A stretch of 46,794 nt of DNA from Candidatus Limnocylindrales bacterium. Lineage in GTDB: Bacteria; Chloroflexota; Limnocylindria; Limnocylindrales; CSP1-4. Positions 9,200-18,176 of this stretch are shown piece after piece; the stretch's first letter is position 1; every line of letters begins with the position of its first letter. Under the pieces are notes generated by a model that had not been told where the DNA came from, made no database searches, and saw nothing but the letters and a program-made list of their open reading frames with translations. The stretch lies in assembly GCA_035692745.1 (NCBI GenBank), contig DASSHR010000322.1, forward strand, positions 1 through 46,794, in the 5' to 3' direction. The translations under genes and the position numbers were made by a program.

Positions 9200-10561
9200 T
9201 CAGCCCGCCCTTCTGCGCAGCAGCGTGTCCAGGCCGACCGCTGCAACGAGCACCACGCCGACGATGACGTCCTGCATGGGCGAATCGACGTTCAGGAGGC
9301 TCATGCCCGAGCGCAGGGACTGCATCACGACCGCGCCCAGGATCGCACCCGGGATCGTGCCGATGCCGCCCGCGAACGACGTCCCGCCGATCACGGCGGC
9401 GGAGATCACGTCGAGCTCGTTCTGCGTGCCGAGGTTCGTCACCGCGCTGTCGAGGCGGGCGGTGGCGACCGCGGCGCTGATGCCGGCGAGGATGCCCATG
9501 AGTCCGAAGGTCTTGAGGATCGTCCAGCGCACGTTGATGCCACCGAGGACCGCCGCGTCAGGATTCCCGCCGATCGCGTAGACGTACCGGCCGAACTGGC
9601 GGCGGGTCGCGAGGAACGTCATCGCGATCGCAACCACGATGAGGATCAGCACCGGGAACGCCACGCCGGTGGCGATTCCGTCCGGCGGCACCGCGATCCC
9701 CTTCTCCCTGGCCACCGCCTCGGCGACGTTCTGCGGGAGTGGATAGCTCACGGCCACGAACACGGCGCCGAGCGCCGCCGCGCAGGCGATGGCGCCGACC
9801 GCCACCTCGGCCCACAGCGGGCGGGTCGGGAATCCGTAGCGTCGCTTGCGCCGCCGGGCGAAGGCGAGCGAGGCGACGATCGCGGCGCACGCGATCGCCC
9901 CGAGCACCCAGCTGCCGACGTCGCCGAGCGAGCCGACGCGGGTCCCGACCGTGCCGCCGCCGAGCATCTGGAAGGTCTGGTCGAGCGGGGCGATCGTCTG
10001 GCCCTGCGCATATCGGAAGATGAGGCCGCGCCAGATCAGCAGGCCGCCGAGGGTGACGATGAACGACGGCACCCCGCCGTACGCGACGATGAAGCCCTGG
10101 ATGCCGCCGATCAGCGCGCCGAGCGCCACGCCGACCAGCAGCGTGACGACCCACAGCCATGGCTGCGGGTCGGGCCCGAACCACTGCGGAACCCAGATGG
10201 CCTGGAACATCGCCATCGTGTAGCCGAGGAACGCCAGCATCGAGCCGACGGACAGGTCGATGTTGCGCGAGACGATGATGAGGACCATGCCCGTCGCCAT
10301 GATCGCGATCGAGGCGCTCTGGACGGACAGGTTCCACAGGTTCCGGGCGGTGATGAACTTGCCGTCGCCGGCGATGTTGAAGCTGATCCAGATGACGGCC
10401 AACGCGACGATCATGCCGATCAGCCGCGTGTCCACCTCGAGGATCCCGAGCCGGCTGGAGACCGGGGAGAGCATGGCGCGGACGCGATCGACGAGCCGTC
10501 GCACCGGCGCGGCCGGACGGCCTTCGACCGCGGCCGTCCCGGTGTTCTCGGAGAGCGCCAT
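9200..10561 (-). CDS. Sugar ABC transporter permease (CUT2, xylH-like by context)
   Basis: A 453-aa polytopic membrane protein with typical branched-chain/monosaccharide permease segments (GGTSFAGGIGTIPGAILGAVV). Confidence 0.85.
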   Translation of the reverse strand: MALSENTGTAAVEGRPAAPVRRLVDRVRAMLSPVSSRLGILEVDTRLIGMIVALAVIWISFNIAGDGKFITARNLWNLSVQSASIAIMATGMVLIIVSRNIDLSVGSMLAFLGYTMAMFQAIWVPQWFGPDPQPWLWVVTLLVGVALGALIGGIQGFIVAYGGVPSFIVTLGGLLIWRGLIFRYAQGQTIAPLDQTFQMLGGGTVGTRVGSLGDVGSWVLGAIACAAIVASLAFARRRKRRYGFPTRPLWAEVAVGAIACAAALGAVFVAVSYPLPQNVAEAVAREKGIAVPPDGIATGVAFPVLILIVVAIAMTFLATRRQFGRYVYAIGGNPDAAVLGGINVRWTILKTFGLMGILAGISAAVATARLDSAVTNLGTQNELDVISAAVIGGTSFAGGIGTIPGAILGAVVMQSLRSGMSLLNVDSPMQDVIVGVVLVAAVGLDTLLRRRAG

Positions 10562-10603
10562 CGTCGTTCGCTCCTCTGCCTGGAAGCGTGGCTCGATTGC
10601 GGC

Positions 10604-10647
10604 GAGAAAGAAGTGCGCCCTGCCCCGCGTCAGCGGAGGCAGGGCGC
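10604..10647 (-). terminator. Intercistronic GC hairpin + U-rich tail after the binding-protein gene (partial terminator/mRNA stabiliser)
   Basis: On the minus strand: GCGCCCUGCC(U)CCGC-UGAC-GCGGGGCAGGGCGC followed by ACUUCUUUCU. It lies 26 nt after the SBP stop and upstream of the permease start. Confidence 0.5.
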
Positions 10648-10672
10648 TTCAGTCACCTGATGACGAGGATCG

Positions 10673-11770
10673 TCAGCAGCCGGAAACGGACCCGGCGGTG
10701 ACGTCCTTGCACAGCGCGTCCTTCGTGATCCAGCCCGCGTCGAGGACGTCCTTGAGGTTGTCCTTGGTGATCGCGTCCGGGGTCAGGAGGATCGAGCTGA
10801 CGGAGTTGCCACCCGGCGTGGTGAACGCGGCCGTGCCGGACACCTTGCTCGCATCGGGGTTGTTGCACAGCTGGACAGCAGCCTCGCCGGCCGACTTGCC
10901 GAGCAACCGCGCGTCCTTCCAGACGTCGACGGTCTGCGTGCCAAGGGCGACGCGGTTGAGGGCGGCGAGATCGCCATCCTGGCCGGACACCGGCACGGTG
11001 CCGGCGAGGCCCTGGGCCTGCAGCGCCGCGATGGCGCCACCGGCCATGCCGTCGTTCTCCACGAAGGCGATGTCGATCTTGTTGCTGTTCGCCGTCAGGA
11101 ACTGCTCCATCTCGGTCTGGGCCTTGCCGGGATCCCAGTTGTCCGTGTAGGTCTCACCGACATTCTTGAGCGTGTCGCTGCTCTGGCCGGCCTCCGGGAG
11201 GCCCGCCTCGACCATGCCGGCGCGGAGGAAGTCCGCGTTGGCGTCGGCCTTGTTGCCCTTGATGACGACGAAGTTGCCGGCGCTCTTGACCTTCAGCAGG
11301 GCCGTGGCCTGGAGCTTGCCGACGAGCTTGTTGTCGAACGTGATGTAGAGGACCTTGGGGTCCTCGATCAGGCGGTCGTACGCGATGACCGGCACGTTGG
11401 CCTGCTGGGCCGCCGTGACCGCGGTCTTGATCGCCGTCCCGTCCTGGGCAAGGACGATCACGACCTTCGCGCCCTGCGAGATCAGGTTCGCGACGTTCGA
11501 GTTCTGGGTGTCCGCGGACGACTTGGCGTCGTTCGAGATGTACTTCCCGCCGGCGGCCTCGATGGCGGCCTTGATGGCGGGCTCATCCCACTTCGCCCAG
11601 CGCTCTTCCTGGTAGTTGTTCCACGAGACGCCGATCGTGCAGCCGGCCGCCGTCGCGCCGGTGCCTGCGGGACCACTGGCGCCCGGACCTGTCGTCGCGC
11701 CCCCGTTGCCGCTGCATGCGGCAAATCCGAGAACGGCGACCGCCGTCAACGCCAAGAGCCGTGTTCGCAT
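10673..11770 (-). CDS. Sugar ABC transporter substrate-binding lipoprotein (xylF-like by context)
   Basis: Lipoprotein signal MRTRLLALTAVAVLGFAAC-SGNG. It has a periplasmic-binding-protein type I fold (VIVLAQDGTA, PVIAYDRLI, AFVENDGMAGGAI). GGAGGA lies 6 nt upstream of the ATG. Confidence 0.85.
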   Translation of the reverse strand: MRTRLLALTAVAVLGFAACSGNGGATTGPGASGPAGTGATAAGCTIGVSWNNYQEERWAKWDEPAIKAAIEAAGGKYISNDAKSSADTQNSNVANLISQGAKVVIVLAQDGTAIKTAVTAAQQANVPVIAYDRLIEDPKVLYITFDNKLVGKLQATALLKVKSAGNFVVIKGNKADANADFLRAGMVEAGLPEAGQSSDTLKNVGETYTDNWDPGKAQTEMEQFLTANSNKIDIAFVENDGMAGGAIAALQAQGLAGTVPVSGQDGDLAALNRVALGTQTVDVWKDARLLGKSAGEAAVQLCNNPDASKVSGTAAFTTPGGNSVSSILLTPDAITKDNLKDVLDAGWITKDALCKDVTAGSVSGC

Positions 11771-11822
11771 GTGATTCCTCCACGAGATGGATGCTTGCCC
11801 GGAACGAGGAAAAACGGTGCTC

Positions 11823-11831
11823 AGGCTATCA
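11823..11831 (-). promoter_or_regulatory. Candidate extended -10 element (TGATAGCCT) for the xylose ABC operon
   Basis: The minus strand reads gagaGTGATAGCCTgagc about 55 nt upstream of ATG 11770. It has the same TGATA(A/G)C core as upstream of xylA. Confidence 0.3.
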
Positions 11832-11899
11832 CTCTCCTCTCGGCCACTTCGTGCGCGACGGCGTGCCCGGAACCGATCCGGACGAGCCCGGCTGCGAGC

Positions 11900-13192
11900 T
11901 CACGCGCCCGCTCCGACGGCAAGCCGGGCACGGGGACCGAGCCAGGCAGCCGGATCGACGAGGAATGGCTCGAGCGCGAGCTCGGCGGCACCGACGAGCG
12001 GGGCATCGACCCCGAGGTCGGCCGGGGCGACGCGGACCAGGCTTCGCGGACCCGCCAGCCCCTTCCGGCGCAGCTGCCGATCGAGCTCCGGCGCGATGAA
12101 CGGGTAGGCACGCGCAAAGAGCCCACCCAGGACGATCACCCGGGGGTTGAGCACGTTCACGAGCCCGGCGAGGCCGATCCCGAGCCAGCCGCCGACCCCG
12201 CGGAACGCCGCAATGGCCTGGGGGTCGCCGTCACCGGCAGCCGTGAGGACGCGATCGACCTCGTCCGGCCCGCCATCCTCCGGGCGGCCGGCGAGCTGCA
12301 GCAGCGCCCGCTCGCCGATCTCGGTCTCCCAGCATCCCGTCGAGCCGCAGTGGCACGCCCGACCGTGTGGGTTCACCGGCATGTGCCCCACCTCGCCCGC
12401 GAAGCCGGCGACGCCGCCGAGCGGCTGCCCGCCGACGATGATGCCGCCGCCGACGCCGACCTCGCCCGAGACGAAGACGAGGTCATCGGCGCCACGCGCA
12501 GCGCCCCGCCGCAGCTCCGCCATCGCCCCGAGGTCCGCCTCGTTGCCCACGAGGACCGGGCGGTGCGTCCCCAGCGAGGCCTCGATCAGCCGGGCGAGCG
12601 GCGCGTCGCGCCAGCCAAGGTTCGGCGCCATCAGCACCGTGCCATCGTCCCGGCGGACGAGGCCGGCAACGGCGACGCCGATCGCGATCGGCACGTCGCG
12701 CTCACCCGGCGGCAGGATCATCGAGGTGAGCTCGGCGAGATCGGCGACGATCGCCTCGGGCGACAGGTGCGCACGAGGTCGCTCGATGCTCTGCTGGGCC
12801 AGGATCTCGCCGCCGAGCCCTACCAGCGCGGCCGCGAGCGAATCCACGCGGATCTCCAAGGCGAGCGCGAACCAGTCCTGGGAGCGGGGTCGGACCAGCG
12901 GCGATGGCCGGCCCGGGGCGCCGTCGGGCGCGCCGCGCTCCTCGGTGAGGACGCCGCCGGCCACGAGCTCGCCGATGAGCGCGCGGATCGCGGTCCGGGT
13001 CAGGCCGGTCCGTGCGACGAGCTCCGATCGCGACTGCGGACCGCGCAGGTGCAGCTCCCGCACGATCGCCGCCAGGTTGGCGCGACGCACGGTTCCACTG
13101 CGCTGGCCGATGGATTCCGCGATCAACAACGGCGACACCTGCAACTGGGCGGACGCGGCGGGACGATGGGTCGGCAGCGGGTTTGTGCTCAT
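11900..13192 (-). CDS. ROK-family transcriptional regulator (XylR-like by context)
   Basis: ORF 11900..13528 trimmed to ATG 13192 (MSTNPLPTHRP...). It has the wHTH LHLRGPQSRSELVARTGLTRTAIRALIGELVAGGVL and the ROK zinc motif GHMPVNPHGRACHCGSTGCWE. Confidence 0.85.
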   Translation of the reverse strand: MSTNPLPTHRPAASAQLQVSPLLIAESIGQRSGTVRRANLAAIVRELHLRGPQSRSELVARTGLTRTAIRALIGELVAGGVLTEERGAPDGAPGRPSPLVRPRSQDWFALALEIRVDSLAAALVGLGGEILAQQSIERPRAHLSPEAIVADLAELTSMILPPGERDVPIAIGVAVAGLVRRDDGTVLMAPNLGWRDAPLARLIEASLGTHRPVLVGNEADLGAMAELRRGAARGADDLVFVSGEVGVGGGIIVGGQPLGGVAGFAGEVGHMPVNPHGRACHCGSTGCWETEIGERALLQLAGRPEDGGPDEVDRVLTAAGDGDPQAIAAFRGVGGWLGIGLAGLVNVLNPRVIVLGGLFARAYPFIAPELDRQLRRKGLAGPRSLVRVAPADLGVDAPLVGAAELALEPFLVDPAAWLGPRARLAVGAGA

Positions 13193-13298
13193 GTCTTCCA
13201 AACCGCCCGTGCTAGGCTCGACCATTCGCCGGCCGGTGTCAAGATGCGACGCCAAGGCTGCCGCGACGGTCGATGATCTGGCCTCTGGAGGAACGGCG

Positions 13299-14006
13299 AT
13301 GGGAACCCTCGACGGCCGTGTCGCGCTGATCACCGGCGCGAGTCGCGGGATCGGCAGCGCGATCGCGCGAACCCTCGTCGAGGAGGGTGCCCGCGTCGCC
13401 CTCGCATCACGCAGCGGCGACGATCTCGGGATCCCGGAAGCCTTCGCGCGCGCCTGCGATGTCCGCGATGCCACGGCGCTCGAAACGATGGCCCGCGACG
13501 CCGCCGAGCACTTCGGCGGGATCGACATCCTCGTGGTGAACGCGGGGGTGGGCGCCTACGGCCCGTTCCTCGAGCTCGACGCCGCCCACCTCGAGGAGAT
13601 GATCGACGTCAATGTGAAGGGCGCGATCTACGCGGCGCGCGCGGCGCTCCCCTACCTGCTCCGCAGTGAGGCGGCCGATTTCGTGATGATCGCCAGCGAG
13701 GCCGGTCGTCGCGGCCTCCCGTTCGAGGCGGTCTACTGCGCCTCGAAATTCGCCCAGGTCGGGTTGACCGCGGCGCTCGATCACGAGCTGCGCGAGCACG
13801 GGGTCCGGTGCACGAACATCTGTCCCGGCGGCGTGGCGACGGACTTCGCGATGGGCCGCGGTCGCACGCCGGACATGCCGGCGCTGGCCGGGATGATGGC
13901 GCCCCAGGACGTCGCCGAGGCCGTGCGCTTCGTGGTCACGCGCCCGCGAACGCACCGGATCCTGGAGGTCGCCTTCCGGCCCGTCACCGAGTCCTCGTGG
14001 GGCTGA
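13299..14006 (+). CDS. Short-chain dehydrogenase/reductase (SDR)
   Basis: ATG 13299 is preceded by GGAGGA. Motifs: TGASRGIGSAIA (TGxxxGxG), VVNAGVG, YCASK (YxxxK). Confidence 0.9.
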   Translation: MGTLDGRVALITGASRGIGSAIARTLVEEGARVALASRSGDDLGIPEAFARACDVRDATALETMARDAAEHFGGIDILVVNAGVGAYGPFLELDAAHLEEMIDVNVKGAIYAARAALPYLLRSEAADFVMIASEAGRRGLPFEAVYCASKFAQVGLTAALDHELREHGVRCTNICPGGVATDFAMGRGRTPDMPALAGMMAPQDVAEAVRFVVTRPRTHRILEVAFRPVTESSWG

Positions 14007-14008
14007 CC

Positions 14009-15085
14009 ATGGGCAGCTCCAAGCTCCGCTGGGGCGTCCTGTCGACCGCGGACATCGCGCGCAGCAAGTGGATCCCCGGCGTGCGTCGGGCGCCGGAGCA
14101 GCGCGGCGAGGTCGTGGCCATTGCCTCGCGCTCGGCAGACGTTGCGCGCCGCGTCGCCGACGAGCTCCGGATCCCGCGAGCGCACGGGTCGTACGAGGCG
14201 CTGCTCGCGGATCCCGATGTCGACGCGGTGTACGTCCCGCTGCCGAATCACCTCCACCTCGAGTGGGTGATCGCGGCCGCGCGGGCGGGCAAGCACGTCC
14301 TGTGCGAGAAGCCGCTGGCGCTGTCGTCGACGGATGCGCAGCGGATGGTCGACGCCTGCGATGCGGCCGGCGTCCAGCTCATGGAGGCGTTCATGTACCG
14401 CCTCCACCCGTCGTGGCAGGCGGTCCGCGCGATCGTCTCGAGCGGGCGCATCGGACGGCTGCAGAGCGTCCAGAGCTGGTTCTCCTACTGGAACGACGAT
14501 CCGGCGAACATCCGGAACCAGGCCGATGCCGGCGGCGGCGCGCTCATGGACATCGGCTGCTACTCGATCAACCTGTCGCGGCTGCTCTTCGGATCCGAGC
14601 CGGAGCGGGTCGAGGCGTCCTGTGTCCGCGATCCGGACATGGGCATCGACGTCCTCACGTCGGCGCTGCTCGTCTTCCCCGGCGGCGGGACCGCGACGTT
14701 CACCTGCTCCACGCGGGCCGAATCGGACCAGCGCGTGCACGTCTACGGCACCGAGGGCCGCATCTCGGTCGAGATCCCGTTCAACATCCCGCCGGACCGC
14801 GAGACACACGTGTTCATGACGCATGGTGGCGACCCGCCGGTCGCGCCGAACACCGAGACGCTGACGTTCCCGATCGCCGATCCGTACGGCGTCGAGGCCG
14901 ATGCCTTTGCCGCCGCGGTCCTGGACGGGACGCCCGTGCCAACGCCACCCGCGGATGGCGTGGCGAACATGCGGGTGATCGAGCAGGTGTTCGCGGCGGC
15001 GGCGCGCGGGTCGGCGGCGACGCGCGAGTCCACGTCGGCGCGCGAGTCCGCATCGGCGCGCGGGTCCGCATCGGAGCGCGGTTGA
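14009..15085 (+). CDS. Gfo/Idh/MocA-family oxidoreductase
   Basis: ATG 14009 lies 2 nt after the SDR stop. Motifs: RWGVLSTADIA, VAIASRS, HVLCEKPLAL (EKP motif). The C-terminal tail is built from hexapeptide repeats. Confidence 0.85.
   Translation: MGSSKLRWGVLSTADIARSKWIPGVRRAPEQRGEVVAIASRSADVARRVADELRIPRAHGSYEALLADPDVDAVYVPLPNHLHLEWVIAAARAGKHVLCEKPLALSSTDAQRMVDACDAAGVQLMEAFMYRLHPSWQAVRAIVSSGRIGRLQSVQSWFSYWNDDPANIRNQADAGGGALMDIGCYSINLSRLLFGSEPERVEASCVRDPDMGIDVLTSALLVFPGGGTATFTCSTRAESDQRVHVYGTEGRISVEIPFNIPPDRETHVFMTHGGDPPVAPNTETLTFPIADPYGVEADAFAAAVLDGTPVPTPPADGVANMRVIEQVFAAAARGSAATRESTSARESASARGSASERG
15022..15075 (+). repeat. In-frame 18-bp x3 tandem repeat at the 3' end of the Gfo/Idh/MocA gene
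   Basis: gcgcgagtccacgtcggc / gcgcgagtccgcatcggc / gcgcgggtccgcatcgga, encoding ARESTS/ARESAS/ARGSAS just before the stop. Confidence 0.85.
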
Positions 15086-15099
15086 GCCGCCAGCGGGGC

Positions 15100-16470
15100 G
15101 TGGTCGCGCGCCTCGCCCCGATCGAGCTGCCGGATTTCGGCGTCGCCGAGGTGCGGCCGGCGCTCCCGCCCGGGATCCACGCCGCCCGCCTGGAGCGGCT
15201 GCGGGCTGCCGCTGCCGAGCGGCGTCTCGACGTGCTGGTCCTGCCTGCGGATCGGGAGCACAGCGCGAACGTCAGCTGGCTGTCCGGCTTCGACCCGCGC
15301 TTCGAGGAGGCGATCGTGGTCGTGCGGCCGACCGGCCAGCCGACGATCCTCGTCGGCAATGAGTGCTGGGGCATCGCGGGTGACGCGCCGCTGCCGATGG
15401 ACCGGGTGCTCCACCAGGACCTGAGCCTGCCGAGCCAGCCGCGGGACCGGTCGCGGCCGCTCGCCGACGTGCTGCGCGACGCAGGCGTCGGGCCGGGCGC
15501 GCGCATCGGCGTCGTCGGCTGGAAGACGTACGCGGACCCGGCGTGGCTGGACGTGCCGGCCTACCTCGCGGATGTCGTTCGCGAGCTCGTCGGCGCTTCC
15601 GGGCACGTGGAGAACGCGGCCGGCCTCCTGATCGATGCCGGGACCGGCCTGCGCGTCGTCAACGAGGTCGACCAGCTGGCCGCCTTCGAGGCCGCGTCGA
15701 CGCGGACGTCCAGCGGCGTCCGCAACCTGCTGCGCAACCTCCGCCCCGGCCTTCGCGAGCGCGACGCGGTGGCCCTCCTCGGCTGGGACGGCTCGCCCCT
15801 GTCGTGCCACCTCATGCTCACCGCGGGGCCGCGCGCGCGGTTCGGCCTGTACAGCCCGGGCGACCGCCCGATGGACGCAGGCGACCCGTTCACCGCCGCG
15901 TTCGGCGTGTGGGGCGCGCTGAACTGCCGAGCCGGCTGGCTCGTCGACGATGCCGCCGCACTCCCGGAGGGCATCCGCGACTACGTCGATCGCCTCGTGG
16001 CGCCCTATTTCGCGGCCATCGCCGCGTGGTACGAGGCACTCCGCATCGGGCAGACCGGGGGCGCGCTCGACGCGATCATCGCCGAGCGGCTCGGCGATCC
16101 GTTCTTCGGGATCTTCCTGAATCCCGGCCACCAGATCTCGCTCGACGAGTGGGTGAACTCGCCGATCGGGCCGGGATCCACCACGGAGCTGCGGTCCGGC
16201 ATGTACCTCCAGGTCGACGTCATCCCGGCGACCGGAACGCCGTACTTCACGACGAACATCGAGGACGGGGTCGCACTCGCCGACGCATCGCTGCGGCGCG
16301 AGCTCGAGGCGCGCCACCCCGAGGCGTGGCAGCGCATCCAGCGACGGCGCGCGTTCATGGCCGACCAGCTCGGCATCGGGCTGCACCCGGACGTGCTGCC
16401 GTTCTCGAACATGCCCGCCTGGCTGCCGCCGTTCCTGCTCGACACCGGGCGGGCGATGTCGCTCGCCTGA
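15100..16470 (+). CDS. Creatinase/prolidase-fold (M24-like) protein
   Basis: Real part of ORF 14068..16470. The start is GTG 15100, or alternatively TTG 15082, which overlaps the upstream TGA as TTGA. N-terminal creatinase-like block LDVLVLPADREHSANVSWLSGFDPRFEEAIVVV; pita-bread-like C-terminal half (LNPGHQISLDEW, MYLQVDVIP, NIEDGVAL). Confidence 0.7.
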   Translation: MVARLAPIELPDFGVAEVRPALPPGIHAARLERLRAAAAERRLDVLVLPADREHSANVSWLSGFDPRFEEAIVVVRPTGQPTILVGNECWGIAGDAPLPMDRVLHQDLSLPSQPRDRSRPLADVLRDAGVGPGARIGVVGWKTYADPAWLDVPAYLADVVRELVGASGHVENAAGLLIDAGTGLRVVNEVDQLAAFEAASTRTSSGVRNLLRNLRPGLRERDAVALLGWDGSPLSCHLMLTAGPRARFGLYSPGDRPMDAGDPFTAAFGVWGALNCRAGWLVDDAAALPEGIRDYVDRLVAPYFAAIAAWYEALRIGQTGGALDAIIAERLGDPFFGIFLNPGHQISLDEWVNSPIGPGSTTELRSGMYLQVDVIPATGTPYFTTNIEDGVALADASLRRELEARHPEAWQRIQRRRAFMADQLGIGLHPDVLPFSNMPAWLPPFLLDTGRAMSLA

Positions 16471-16481
16471 GGCGCGATCCG

Positions 16482-18176
16482 ATGACCGCATCGACGCCGT
16501 CACGGAGGCCCCGCGCGCTGCTCCTCGGCCTCGGCGTGATCGTGGCCGTGGTTGCGATCGGGGGCGCCGCGACCGCGCTCGGGCTCGCGCCATGGTCGCC
16601 GGCAGCCACCGACGGCGTCCCGATCCCCCACTTCATCGATGAGACGGCCTCCTCCGGCGTCGACTTCACGTCGGGCGGCGACGTGACGTACTCGGTCGGC
16701 GGTGGGGTCGCCGTGTTCGACTGCAACGACGACGGCCGTGAGGACCTGTACCTCGCCGGCGGCACGGATCCCGCGGCCCTGTTCCGGAACGACAGCCCGA
16801 CCGGCGGTGCCCTGGCGTTCACGCGGCTGGCCGATCCGGCCACCGACCTCGACGCCGTGAACGGGGCCTACCCCATCGACGTCGACGGCGACCGCCGCAT
16901 CGACCTCGTCGTGCTCCGCAACGGCGAGAACGTCGTGCTCCGCGGCCTCGGTGACTGTCGGTTCGAGCGGGCCAACGAGCGCTGGGGGCTGGACGGCGGC
17001 GACGAGCTCACCGAGGCGTTCAGCGCGACGTGGGAGCCCGGCGCCACCTGGCCGATGGTCGCGTTCGGCAACTACGTGGACCCGACGCAGGACGATCCGT
17101 CGCGCTGGTGCGAGCCGAACCAGCTCGTTCGGCCGGCGGCGGGAGCAACGCCCGGGTTCGGAGATGGGCAGCCGCTCGACCCGAGCTGGTGCGCGCTGTC
17201 GATGCTGTTCAGCGACTGGGACGGGTCCGGCCGGATGGACCTGCGCATCAGCAACGACCAGCACTACTACCCCCCGGAGCTCGGCGAGGAGCAGCTCTGG
17301 CGCATCGAGCCCGGAGCCACCCCGCGGCTGTACACCCCCGACGATGGCTGGCGGCTCGTCCGGATCCAGGGCATGGGCATCGCCAGCCAGGACCTGACGG
17401 GCGACGGGCTGCCGGAGATCTACCTCACGAGCCAGGCGGCGAGCCGGCTCCAGACGCTGGCGTTGGGACCGTCGAAGCCGACATACATGGACATCGGATC
17501 CGCCCGCAACGTCAACGTGGCGCAGCCGTTCGCGGGCGGCGAGCACCTGCCGTCAACGGCCTGGCATCCCGAGTTCGAGGACGTGAACAACGACGGGCGG
17601 CTCGATCTCTTCGTGTCCAAGGGCAACGTGACGACCCAGCCGGACTACGCCCAGAAGGATCCGAGCAACCTCCTCCTCGGCCTACCCGACGGCACCTTCC
17701 GGGAGGTCGCGGACGTCGCCGGGATCCTGTCCTTCGACCGCGGGCGTGGCGCCGCCCTGGCCGATTTCAACCTCGACGGCTGGCTCGATCTCGTCGAGGT
17801 GAGCTACGGCGCGCCGGTCCGACTCTGGCGGGGCACCGGCACGGACGCGGCGCGCGGTGGCGGGCACCCGGGCCATTGGCTCGCGCTCCGCGTGCGCGAG
17901 GGCGGCCCGAACGTCGATGCCATCGGCGGCACGCTGGAGGTCCGGTTCGGCGACCAGGTGGTGCGGCACGAGCTCACGATCGGTGGCGGGCACGCCGGCG
18001 GCCAGCTCGGCTGGGTCCACGTCGGGCTCGGCGCCGCGACGAGCGCGGAGGCCCGCGTCCATTGGCCGGACGGGACCGACGGCCCGTGGCAGGCGCTCGG
18101 CGTGGATGGCTTCGCCGTGCTGGATCGTGATGCGCCCGGGCCGATTGCCTGGCAGCCCGGAGCTCCCCTGCCCTAG
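16482..18176 (+). CDS. CRTAC1-family protein: FG-GAP/VCBS repeats + ASPIC/UnbV C-terminal module, N-terminal signal anchor
   Basis: Real part of ORF 15543..18176 from ATG 16482 (MTASTPSRRPRALLLGLGVIVAVVAIGG...). Repeats: FDCNDDGREDLYLAG, IDVDGDRRIDLVVL, SDWDGSGRMDLRISN, QDLTGDGLPEIYLTS, EDVNNDGRLDLFVSKG, ADFNLDGWLDLVEVS. These are followed by GGTLEVRFGDQVVRHELTIGGGHAGGQ. Confidence 0.8.
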   Translation: MTASTPSRRPRALLLGLGVIVAVVAIGGAATALGLAPWSPAATDGVPIPHFIDETASSGVDFTSGGDVTYSVGGGVAVFDCNDDGREDLYLAGGTDPAALFRNDSPTGGALAFTRLADPATDLDAVNGAYPIDVDGDRRIDLVVLRNGENVVLRGLGDCRFERANERWGLDGGDELTEAFSATWEPGATWPMVAFGNYVDPTQDDPSRWCEPNQLVRPAAGATPGFGDGQPLDPSWCALSMLFSDWDGSGRMDLRISNDQHYYPPELGEEQLWRIEPGATPRLYTPDDGWRLVRIQGMGIASQDLTGDGLPEIYLTSQAASRLQTLALGPSKPTYMDIGSARNVNVAQPFAGGEHLPSTAWHPEFEDVNNDGRLDLFVSKGNVTTQPDYAQKDPSNLLLGLPDGTFREVADVAGILSFDRGRGAALADFNLDGWLDLVEVSYGAPVRLWRGTGTDAARGGGHPGHWLALRVREGGPNVDAIGGTLEVRFGDQVVRHELTIGGGHAGGQLGWVHVGLGAATSAEARVHWPDGTDGPWQALGVDGFAVLDRDAPGPIAWQPGAPLP

